This document shows positions 1 to 7,956 of a stretch of DNA of 64,000 bases, piece by piece. The translations under genes were made by a program, and so were the position numbers. This DNA comes from Gammaproteobacteria bacterium (GTDB lineage: Bacteria > Pseudomonadota > Gammaproteobacteria > Eutrophobiales > Eutrophobiaceae). A model generated the notes under the pieces. The model saw only the letters and a program-made list of their open reading frames with translations. It ran no database searches and had not been told where the DNA came from. Numbering within the stretch: the stretch's first letter is position 1; each line of letters opens with the position of its first letter. The stretch spans positions 33 through 64,032 of the forward strand of contig JBFIJV010000001.1 in assembly GCA_041600575.1 (NCBI GenBank). The letters are read 5' to 3'.

Positions 1-979
1 AGGCTCAGGTGGTAATGCGGTTACAGGTGCAGCGTTCACTCCCGACCTTACTTGGATTAAAAATCGTGATGCAGCAGATTCACATCAATGGACTGACATT
101 GTTCGCGGGGTCACTAAGAATTTAAGTAGTGACTCAACAGCAGTAGAAGGAACAGACACCGAAGGATTAACGTCTTTTACGTCAGGCGGTTTTACTGTCG
201 GCTCAGACGTTTCCTACAACACCAACACCGAAGATTATTGGGCTATGTGTCTCAAAGCTGACAACACAAGTGGCGCATCTAACACCGATGGTACTGAGAC
301 AACGACAGTCTCGGCGGGGGATTTCTTTTCGATTGTTACTTACACAGGAACAGCAGCAGTCGATACTTTTGGTCACGGCTTGGGAAAAACGCCTGATTTA
401 ATTCTGATAAAACATCGCTCTGGCACGTTTGGCTGGATGGTTTATCATTCAAGTAATACGTCTGCGCCTGAAACAGATTATTTGCAGTTAAACACTACAG
501 CAGCAACCGCAGATTTAGCTGGATTTTTAAATGACACCGCACCAACGTCAAGTGTATTTACACTAGGAACTAATACGACAGCTAATACCAGTGGTGGCAC
601 CTATGTCGCCTATTGTTTCGTGTTCGACACAACAGCCGGAGCAGAGGGTTCACCATTTTGCGGGGGCGTTTACACGGGGAATGGGGCAGATGATGGGACG
701 ATGATAGTAAGTGATTCATTGTTGATGCACTGTATCAAGCGAACTGACGCAGCAAGCAACTGGTGGTTGTTTGACCAACTACGCGCACCAACATACAACC
801 CAACAAGCACAAGAATCAATCCCGATAGTAGTGGTGCAGAGTCAACGCTGACCGGACTAGAGCAAGATTATTTGAGCAACGGGTTCAAACAACGGAAGGG
901 GACATCCAATACAAACGTAAGTGCCGCAACTTACATCTGGTGGGGCATCAAAAAGAACGGTGGACAACTATGGGCTTAA
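1..979 (+). CDS. C-terminal part of the junction-spanning tail fibre-like protein. Same gene as 62508-64000
   Basis: Open frame from nt 2 to the stop at 977-979. Bases 1-72 duplicate 63929-64000. Internal repeats occur ('FTPDLTWIKNRD...HQWTDIVRG' and 'KTPDLILIKHRSGTFGWMVYH'). Confidence 0.6.
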   Translation, partial: GSGGNAVTGAAFTPDLTWIKNRDAADSHQWTDIVRGVTKNLSSDSTAVEGTDTEGLTSFTSGGFTVGSDVSYNTNTEDYWAMCLKADNTSGASNTDGTETTTVSAGDFFSIVTYTGTAAVDTFGHGLGKTPDLILIKHRSGTFGWMVYHSSNTSAPETDYLQLNTTAATADLAGFLNDTAPTSSVFTLGTNTTANTSGGTYVAYCFVFDTTAGAEGSPFCGGVYTGNGADDGTMIVSDSLLMHCIKRTDAASNWWLFDQLRAPTYNPTSTRINPDSSGAESTLTGLEQDYLSNGFKQRKGTSNTNVSAATYIWWGIKKNGGQLWA

Positions 980-994
980 TAAAGGAAATAAATT

Positions 995-1570
995 ATGTGG
1001 CATAACGAAACTTCATTAATAAAATCACCTCGTGCTTTAGCTGTTGGTGATGTGCAATACCCTGCTTCAATCTTTACAAAGTGGTCAGAGGCAGACCTTA
1101 ACGCTATCGGGATTTACAAAGTCACCGAGATTAAGCCGAGTATTACTGACACGCAGAAATACGGTAACGCAATATTAGATATTGTGGCGCACACTTACAC
1201 GCATCCTGTGGTTGATATTCCTCAAGAAGTATTAGATAGGAAAGCACAAGAAGCAGCAGTAGCTTACATCACGGCAGTTAAAACAGAAGCGGGTAGACGT
1301 ATCTTGTCTTTCCTGCCCGAATGGAAGCAACGTAACTTGACTGCACGAATGACGGAATTACTTGAGATAGGTAAAGCTAATTGGACTATCGAGCAGCAAG
1401 AAGAAGTAGATACGATGAAAGCTATTTGGAAGCAAGTTAAGGTAATAAGGAAGCTCTCAGATACGTTAGAGGCAACACCTGTTGACAACCCAAATGATTA
1501 CAATAACTGGCCTGAGTTTACATGGTCAGATGCGGAAGTTGAGTTAAGCGAGGAAGTTGTACCTGAATGA
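995..1570 (+). CDS. Hypothetical protein (191 aa). Possible fibre assembly or accessory protein
   Basis: ORF with AGGAAA-type spacer directly after the fibre gene. No recognisable motifs. Confidence 0.45.
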   Translation: MWHNETSLIKSPRALAVGDVQYPASIFTKWSEADLNAIGIYKVTEIKPSITDTQKYGNAILDIVAHTYTHPVVDIPQEVLDRKAQEAAVAYITAVKTEAGRRILSFLPEWKQRNLTARMTELLEIGKANWTIEQQEEVDTMKAIWKQVKVIRKLSDTLEATPVDNPNDYNNWPEFTWSDAEVELSEEVVPE

Positions 1571-2133
1571 TTCAGCCATACGACTTATTCCTTTATGGCG
1601 CGTTAGCCGCCTTGCTCTGGATGCTGCGCGGCGGGATGTGGTACGACCGATTGCCCGATTGGTATCGGAACCCTTTCAACGGGAAAAAGCTCTCACTCAA
1701 AATACCAGCCACTTCAACAGTGGCTTTTTTGTATGTGTGGATTATTGGTTACAACCACTGGTGTTTGATATTCGTGGCTTGGTTGCCCGCGCTAACACAG
1801 ATAATGGGAACCGGCGATTACATGGGCAAGATGGCAGTAGGCCATGCGCCCTATCCTAAAGATGGTACAGGCTGGGAAAAATTCCAATGGACGAATAACG
1901 CGTGGTGGACTGGCGCAACTGCCGGTGCTATCTGGTCATTCCCGTGCTTATGGTTCGGTTACTTTATTGATACAAACTGGTATATCGCGTTTGCTTCAAT
2001 AGTCATCGCTGTTCCACTAGGCGGCATATTAAGCCGCACGATTTTCGACAAAGAGGACAGGTGGCTTGCAACTGAAGGTTTGCTTGCTGGTATAGCAATA
2101 TCACTAACTAATCTCTGGGTGACTTCCCAATGA
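1567..2133 (+). CDS. Integral membrane protein (about 4 TM, Trp-rich, 188 aa)
   Basis: ATGA overlap with the upstream gene. Several hydrophobic segments. Lies at the head of the lysis region. Confidence 0.5.
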   Translation: MIQPYDLFLYGALAALLWMLRGGMWYDRLPDWYRNPFNGKKLSLKIPATSTVAFLYVWIIGYNHWCLIFVAWLPALTQIMGTGDYMGKMAVGHAPYPKDGTGWEKFQWTNNAWWTGATAGAIWSFPCLWFGYFIDTNWYIAFASIVIAVPLGGILSRTIFDKEDRWLATEGLLAGIAISLTNLWVTSQ

Positions 2134-2405
2134 CATATGAACAACAAAATAAAGAGCAGCAAAACCAATCACGCAATAACGACGAATTAATACTGTATAA
2201 GCTCGATGAAATGAGTAACAAGATAGATGCTCAATCAAAAAAGATGGATGAGTACACCACCAAAACTGATTATCTTTTATTTGGCAATGGCACACCGGGC
2301 TTAAAGACAATCGTTGAGGTGCTTAAAACGCGAGTTACTATTATTAGTCTATTCCTGTTTGGCGCGTGGTCTGCACTTCTAACCAGTTTTTTTAAGGGCA
2401 ATTAA
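2130..2405 (+). CDS. Small protein with a polar N-terminus and one C-terminal TM helix (91 aa). Possible holin, antiholin or lysis regulator
   Basis: ATGA overlap. C-terminal 'IISLFLFGAWSALLTSFF' TM segment. Confidence 0.45.
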   Translation: MTYEQQNKEQQNQSRNNDELILYKLDEMSNKIDAQSKKMDEYTTKTDYLLFGNGTPGLKTIVEVLKTRVTIISLFLFGAWSALLTSFFKGN

Positions 2406-2846
2406 ATGAAACTTCTTCTTAAACGAAAGGCATCCAGCGCTAATCACATGCATGGAGATCTGTTTGATGGAGAGGGGCAATGGATATGCCACACCCTCGA
2501 AGATGAAAAAAGAAAAGTAAAGATTAAAGGTGAGACCGCTATTCCAGCAGGGGTCTACGAAATAAAGTTACGGCCTCTCGGCGAATCGAGGCTGGATGAA
2601 AAATACGCTGAACGTTTTGACTTTTACAAAGGCCAGTTGTGGCTGCAAGACGTTCCGAACTTCACGTACATTTATATACATTGTGGCAACACAGAGAAAC
2701 ACACTGACGGTTGTCCTTTGATTGGGCTGAAACGTTTCGCTACAACAATCGGCAATAGTCGTGATGCATACCGTAAATTTTACCCGATGGTAATAGCCGC
2801 ATTAGACGCGGGTGAGGAAATTTTTATCCACGTGGTGGACGCTTAA
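2406..2846 (+). CDS. Candidate endolysin with a YkuD/L,D-transpeptidase-like catalytic signature (146 aa)
   Basis: 'IYIHCGNTEKHTDGCPLIG' resembles the YkuD active-site pattern (x-I-H-G-T ... S/T-x-G-C-[IV]). It is the only soluble enzyme-like ORF in the lysis cassette. Confidence 0.4.
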   Translation: MKLLLKRKASSANHMHGDLFDGEGQWICHTLEDEKRKVKIKGETAIPAGVYEIKLRPLGESRLDEKYAERFDFYKGQLWLQDVPNFTYIYIHCGNTEKHTDGCPLIGLKRFATTIGNSRDAYRKFYPMVIAALDAGEEIFIHVVDA

Positions 2847-3065
2847 ATGATTAAGTGGCTGCTTTGTCTCGCAGTCCTTACACCACAAGACGGGAACTTA
2901 CTAATCCCATTTAAAGATGTGAAGGTTAGTAACACACGCGCCGAGTGCGAAGAATTAAAGAAAGACCCTAAGTGGGTCAGAATAAAATACACATACGAGA
3001 AATTTTCAGGCGCTGTTGCTGTTGTGGTTTGTGCCGGGTTTCCTGACTCAGAGGTGGAGACTTGA
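2847..3065 (+). CDS. Small protein with a hydrophobic N-terminus (72 aa)
   Basis: ORF abuts its neighbours. Signal-like N-terminus 'MIKWLLCLAVLT'. Confidence 0.4.
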   Translation: MIKWLLCLAVLTPQDGNLLIPFKDVKVSNTRAECEELKKDPKWVRIKYTYEKFSGAVAVVVCAGFPDSEVET

Positions 3066-3427
3066 TGACTGAATTTGTAATAGCTTACTGGTGGGCGATT
3101 ATGGCAATAGGTGTTTCACCTTTATTTGGCTATGCCGTTGCCCAGAGGGTCAAGGCTGTACGACCCAAACCTTCGAACGCAGTCATTATTAACGCGGCAG
3201 GGTTATCAACGACAATATCAGCCTTTGGCTTTTGGATGGAATACAGTGGTGTTTTATCTCAGTCGATAATGATGGCGGTCACTATAGGCATGATGCAGTT
3301 GTTGATGGTACGTGCCATATTCGGGCTAATGGAAAGATTCTTCCCGAAGGTGGCCAAAAGAATTGAAGAAGGCACTGACGATACAAGCACGATTCTTCCT
3401 TGGAAAAACAAATCAAATGATGATTAA
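3062..3427 (+). CDS. Class I-like holin candidate (3 TM, charged C-terminus, 121 aa)
   Basis: Three hydrophobic helices and a charged tail 'EEGTDDTS...KNKSNDD'. Sits immediately upstream of Rz/Rz1. Confidence 0.55.
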   Translation: MMTEFVIAYWWAIMAIGVSPLFGYAVAQRVKAVRPKPSNAVIINAAGLSTTISAFGFWMEYSGVLSQSIMMAVTIGMMQLLMVRAIFGLMERFFPKVAKRIEEGTDDTSTILPWKNKSNDD

Positions 3428-3842
3428 GGTAGTGGCAATACTTGTGTTGATTTTAGCGTCAGTATCATTTGGGTTATACAAGTCTGTTCAAGCGAATGGA
3501 GAGCTGAAGCAGCGCGAAGTGCAAATGGAGCAGGCGCTATCGGAGGCCAATAACGAAATCATTGCAATGGTCGAAACTGAAAAAGTTAACCAGCGTATTG
3601 CAGCAAAAAACATACAAACACGAAACACCATTATCAATACGTTGCGCAAGCAAGTCGCTCAGTTGAGTGAAATTGAAAACGGAGACCCCAATGTTAAAGA
3701 GTTTCTTGATATACCTATTCCTGACTCTGTTGTTGACTGGTTGCCAAAACCAGCCGGTGAAGACAAGGATAGTGAAGCAGTTCCCGCCGATGCAGTACAT
3801 GGAGCCGACTCCGATACCGTACCTGCAGGACAGAACGGTTAG
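3417..3842 (+). CDS. Rz: Inner-membrane spanin (i-spanin, Rz-like)
   Basis: N-terminal TM 'MMIKVVAILVLILASV', a coiled-coil periplasmic domain and an acidic C-terminus. Contains an out-of-frame lipoprotein gene. Confidence 0.7.
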   Translation: MMIKVVAILVLILASVSFGLYKSVQANGELKQREVQMEQALSEANNEIIAMVETEKVNQRIAAKNIQTRNTIINTLRKQVAQLSEIENGDPNVKEFLDIPIPDSVVDWLPKPAGEDKDSEAVPADAVHGADSDTVPAGQNG

Positions 3843-3945
3843 AGGTATGGCGATTTTAATTAAGGAACAACACGCGGCATTACTACAATGTAATGGCGAT
3901 AAAAAATCATTACAGGAGTGGGCTAAAGATGCCAACAACAACTGA
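3691..3945 (+). CDS. Rz1: Outer-membrane lipoprotein spanin (o-spanin, Rz1-like). Starts inside Rz in the +1 frame and extends past it
   Basis: 'MLKSFLIYLFLTLLLTGC' signal with an LTGC lipobox, followed by a Pro-rich short mature peptide. Confidence 0.7.
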   Translation: MLKSFLIYLFLTLLLTGCQNQPVKTRIVKQFPPMQYMEPTPIPYLQDRTVRGMAILIKEQHAALLQCNGDKKSLQEWAKDANNN

Positions 3946-4855
3946 GTACGATCCAACAACCGCTGCGACAACGCTTCCTCCAGCGCCAACTGACACGACC
4001 ATCACAGCAACTGGAGCAGACTCTCCTCCGATGGTCGGAGGGAACGATGCTATTACTCAAACAGTGGATCCTAACTCAACAGTTAGAACCCAAATGGAAG
4101 GGCTATTGGCTGAAGACAGTCAGTTCCTTCAACTGGCCAAGCAGGGAGCAAAAGAAGAAGCCAGCTCCAGAGGACTACTAAACTCCTCTATCGCGGCCGG
4201 AGCAGGACAGCGTGCTGCCATACAATCAGCCCTGCCTATTGCTCAGCAAGATGCCCAAACCTACGGCAACCAGCAGATAGCAAACCAGAAATATCAGAAT
4301 GACTATGGCCTACAAGAAAACCAAGCCAACTATACAAACGAGATGGCTGACAACGAAGTTGCTCGACAAGAGCAGCTCGCAATAACAAAGACAGAGCTGA
4401 ATAAAGACGCTGCTCAGTACGCAGCGGAACTCGACATGCTGAAGCAAAACGATGCACAGGCTTACCAGACGTTTTTAACTAACTTAAACACAAGTAATCA
4501 ACAGGAATTAATGGCGGCGGAAGCGCATATTAAGAATGAATTGGCTTCGATTCAGCAGGATTATGCAGTTCAGTTGGAAAAGATAAAAACCAATCTCGCT
4601 ATACAAGGCAATATTGATTCGCAGGTGGGTGCGTTATACGCTGATAACATCAAATCAATAGGAACTATTTTGGCCAGCCCTGACATATTAGCCGCAGATA
4701 AAAACAGCTTGGTCGATATTATGATGAGCAATATGAACACCATGTCCACATACTTAAACGCTATAAAGCAAACGAGCGTGACAAATCAGGCCACAGCAGA
4801 AGCTGACACCGTTGACACCTCGATAGACCTTTACCAGCCTAATTACGCTGCATGA
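3929..4855 (+). CDS. Virion/internal protein (Thr/Ala/Gln-rich, coiled-coil)
   Basis: GGAG RBS before ATG 3929. Low-complexity N-terminus and Q/N-rich coiled-coil segments. Confidence 0.5.
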   Translation: MPTTTEYDPTTAATTLPPAPTDTTITATGADSPPMVGGNDAITQTVDPNSTVRTQMEGLLAEDSQFLQLAKQGAKEEASSRGLLNSSIAAGAGQRAAIQSALPIAQQDAQTYGNQQIANQKYQNDYGLQENQANYTNEMADNEVARQEQLAITKTELNKDAAQYAAELDMLKQNDAQAYQTFLTNLNTSNQQELMAAEAHIKNELASIQQDYAVQLEKIKTNLAIQGNIDSQVGALYADNIKSIGTILASPDILAADKNSLVDIMMSNMNTMSTYLNAIKQTSVTNQATAEADTVDTSIDLYQPNYAA

Positions 4856-5301
4856 AGTTATTTATAAGGGAGACTGAGTTATCAGATTGGCTTCCTGTAA
4901 AAGAACTCCTTACCCGGCTACACGATAAAGCGCCTTACAGTAAAGTTCCAATAAATTACCCGGACATGAAGCGAACGTTTGCGACAACAGCTCGCAGCAA
5001 GAACGCACTTTCTATGGTGGTGGCTGATAAAAAACACAGAATTTACGGTGTGTGTATTTGTATTACGCAACCAAATTGGTGGGGAGCCACTTGCTCATTA
5101 GAGCTAGTCACATATTGCGAGGCTCCGGGTTGGCAAGATAAGTTGATCAGGCGTTATGTAAAGTGGGCAAAAGAAAGAAATATTCAAGTAATCACGGTTG
5201 TTAATTCTGCTGGAGAGAATCCACGTTATGACAATCTCATTCAAAAAATTAATTTTCAAAAGACAGGTAGCGTACACATGATGCTACCGGAGGGTGAATA
5301 A
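4852..5301 (+). CDS. Hypothetical protein (149 aa)
   Basis: ATGA-coupled ORF. GNAT-like fold is not supportable from motifs alone. Confidence 0.45.
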   Translation: MKLFIRETELSDWLPVKELLTRLHDKAPYSKVPINYPDMKRTFATTARSKNALSMVVADKKHRIYGVCICITQPNWWGATCSLELVTYCEAPGWQDKLIRRYVKWAKERNIQVITVVNSAGENPRYDNLIQKINFQKTGSVHMMLPEGE

Positions 5302-6143
5302 TGGGTTTTATAGCTGATGTGTTCTCAGGCATTTTCGACTTTATCGGAGACGTTATAGGGAAAGTAGTTGATGTTGTTGGGAAGGCAATTAAGTTTGCTA
5401 TGGACAATCCACTGATACTTGTCGCAGCGGGGATAGGTATTGCTGCCTACGCAGGCTCGATAGCCGCCGCCGGTGCAGGGGCGGGAGCTGCCGGTGGTAC
5501 TGGCGGAGCTACTTTCGGAGGTTTTGTGAGTCAAGGCGCTACCGTAGCGGCTACAACAGCAGGGTCATCAGGAGCGTCAGTTTTAGCCGGCGCAACAGGT
5601 TTTTCTCAGGCTGGTGTAGCTGCTGCAAACACAGCCGCTGGCCTCGGAACGACGGCTGCGGGTGTTGGTGCAGCAGCCGCACCGGGCGCAATGGCCGCAG
5701 CAGGAAGCGCTGTCGGGGGAGCTGTGGCCGGCGCTGCTGGAAACGGTTTTTTATCAGGCATTGTTAAGTCAGGCAAAGGTTTGCTTAACTGGGCTGAGAA
5801 CAATCAGATGTTGGCAAGTACGGCTTTTCAGAGCGTCGCAGGTGGCTTAAACAATCTAAGACAAGATGAGATACTTAAAGACCAGCGTGCGTTTGAACTC
5901 GACTACATGGATAAAAAATACAACAAAGAGTATGACACTGCAGTAGCCCTCGAAGAAGAGAAGCGTCGCATGAACGATGAAGAGCAGATGCAGGCTTATG
6001 GCGGCTTATTGGACATACAGGGCGCAACAGGACAAACCAACCAACAATTGATTGGTGAAGCAGGATTACTCAACTATCAACCTCGATTAGAAGGCTCTCA
6101 GAATGAGGGCTACGCAGAAACAATGCAGGGTGTTTACTCATGA
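5301..6143 (+). CDS. Gly/Ala-rich internal virion/ejection protein
   Basis: Hydrophobic N-terminus, then a long (G/A)n tract, then a charged C-terminus. Confidence 0.5.
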   Translation: MGFIADVFSGIFDFIGDVIGKVVDVVGKAIKFAMDNPLILVAAGIGIAAYAGSIAAAGAGAGAAGGTGGATFGGFVSQGATVAATTAGSSGASVLAGATGFSQAGVAAANTAAGLGTTAAGVGAAAAPGAMAAAGSAVGGAVAGAAGNGFLSGIVKSGKGLLNWAENNQMLASTAFQSVAGGLNNLRQDEILKDQRAFELDYMDKKYNKEYDTAVALEEEKRRMNDEEQMQAYGGLLDIQGATGQTNQQLIGEAGLLNYQPRLEGSQNEGYAETMQGVYS

Positions 6144-6673
6144 ACGAACAAATGGCGCAACAGCAATCTCCCGAAATAGGAGGTCAGCCACAATCTGCCG
6201 GGATGCAAAAAAGCCCTCAGTTCTTGGACGAGTTTAAAGGCCGTATGGATATGGCTAAAGACATGCTCTACGACAAAGGCTTTGAGCAAATGGTTGAGTT
6301 GTTCCAAAAAAGCGGCAAACAGGGTTTTGCTGACGCAATGGGAATGATTGTGCCAACGACCATCGAGCAGATGGAAGAACAAGGTGGTGAGATGAATCCT
6401 AATGTCATCATGATGACGATGGTTGGTATGGTTGCCATGATAGGTTCTGACATGATTTCAGGCGGCGTTGTTCCTGACGCTGACCAAGAAGACATTCAAT
6501 TGGCAATCAGTAACTGCATGGCAAAGTGGGCGGAAGCAAATGAAGATCGCGCTGACTTAGGTGGCGCGGTAGAACAAATGAACAAAGAAGCGATGAAGCA
6601 GAAACAAGGCGGAGGCGCGGAAGGCATGGGTTTGATTGCGCAACAATCACAGTCCTCTGGTATGGGAGTTTAA
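6140..6673 (+). CDS. Met/Gln-rich internal virion protein (177 aa)
   Basis: ATGA overlap. Unusual Met-rich composition. Confidence 0.45.
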   Translation: MNEQMAQQQSPEIGGQPQSAGMQKSPQFLDEFKGRMDMAKDMLYDKGFEQMVELFQKSGKQGFADAMGMIVPTTIEQMEEQGGEMNPNVIMMTMVGMVAMIGSDMISGGVVPDADQEDIQLAISNCMAKWAEANEDRADLGGAVEQMNKEAMKQKQGGGAEGMGLIAQQSQSSGMGV

Positions 6674-6675
6674 TT

Positions 6676-7956
6676 ATGAGTTTTTTATCTTTCGCAGCAG
6701 GCGCGACAGACCGAGGCGCTAACGAATATTCCAAGTTTGCGAATCGTAACCACACAGCTTCATTGCAAGAAATACGCGACAACCGATTGGCTGGCATGGA
6801 AAGCAAAGAATGGAAGAAGCGTTACGACACGCAACGCACTGACAAGGTTGCTGATGACACTAAAGCATCAAAGGCTGCTGTAGGCATGAAGTTATTGGAA
6901 TACAGCCATGATTTTGCTATCGAAGAAATGAAAGCAAACGGCAAGAGCAAAGAGCAAATGATTGATCTTTATTCTGACCAATCAAAAAACTTAACGTCAC
7001 AATTAGAAGACGCTGAGTATGACGCTGACTTAAGGGAGGCATTAACAAAACAAATTGCAGAAATTGACGGCAAGCGTGCGGCATTAATTAAATTTGGCGC
7101 TCCGAATATTGATTACGGTAGTGGGAAGGGTGGGACGGACAAAAGTTCAACTTCAATCTCATTCGGCGCTTTCGATACTAGCGATTCAGCACAGTTCGCA
7201 AGCTCCGTTCAGAAAGCATTAAGTAACGGGGAGATAAAGTCAGAAGAAGCGAGGCAGTTGCGTGATGAATGGATAAACAAATATGGCAACCCTAACGCAG
7301 TCGAAAAAAAGGCAACTCAAAAAACATCCACTCAAACACCTAGTCAAGAAGAGACTGCTATCAATGAAGATCCGATACCAACAATGGGTGAAGAATCAAT
7401 GGATATTCGCGCTAAGATTGAAGGCTTGTATGGGAAAGGAAGCGAGATGGCAGGGAACCTATGGGATATGCTTCGTGATGAAGAATCGCAGGGTGAAATG
7501 AAGACAGGTCTTATTGATTCTGTAAAAACTAGCGGCAAAGGACTTCTTACCGTAGCAGATGAGGCGTGGGAGGGTGGCAAAGATGTACTCAAAGCATCTA
7601 CTGAAGCTGTGGGTGGAGTCACTAAAGATCTTGTCACTTCGGCATCCGGAGCAACATCAGAATTATTTAAAGATTACGCAAAAACTTTCGATGGCGCGAG
7701 TAAGGGAGCGACTTTCGCTAACAATAAAAAATCAATAGTTAGAGCAGAGCGGATTGCCTCGCGTGTCGCATTAGAGACCGGCGTTGATGCTGCAGCTTTA
7801 GAACAAATGCTTAAGAACCAAATCTCAGGGAAGGAAAAAATTGGGGGTTCTGAAGCCGAAGTAATCGCAATGTACCAAGAGAGGTTTGATTTAAATGGCG
7901 CACAAGCAAAAGCACTATTTAATAAACTTATTGTAGCCGCCAAACGAGGAAATTAA
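6676..7956 (+). CDS. Virion structural/internal protein (426 aa)
   Basis: ORF inside a coupled operon. Confidence 0.5.
   Translation: MSFLSFAAGATDRGANEYSKFANRNHTASLQEIRDNRLAGMESKEWKKRYDTQRTDKVADDTKASKAAVGMKLLEYSHDFAIEEMKANGKSKEQMIDLYSDQSKNLTSQLEDAEYDADLREALTKQIAEIDGKRAALIKFGAPNIDYGSGKGGTDKSSTSISFGAFDTSDSAQFASSVQKALSNGEIKSEEARQLRDEWINKYGNPNAVEKKATQKTSTQTPSQEETAINEDPIPTMGEESMDIRAKIEGLYGKGSEMAGNLWDMLRDEESQGEMKTGLIDSVKTSGKGLLTVADEAWEGGKDVLKASTEAVGGVTKDLVTSASGATSELFKDYAKTFDGASKGATFANNKKSIVRAERIASRVALETGVDAAALEQMLKNQISGKEKIGGSEAEVIAMYQERFDLNGAQAKALFNKLIVAAKRGN

Noticed and set aside
4852-5301. GNAT acetyltransferase assignment for the 149-aa protein
   Set aside because: No clear motif A (Q/RxxGxG/A) was found. 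Only a vague resemblance in fold-type composition.
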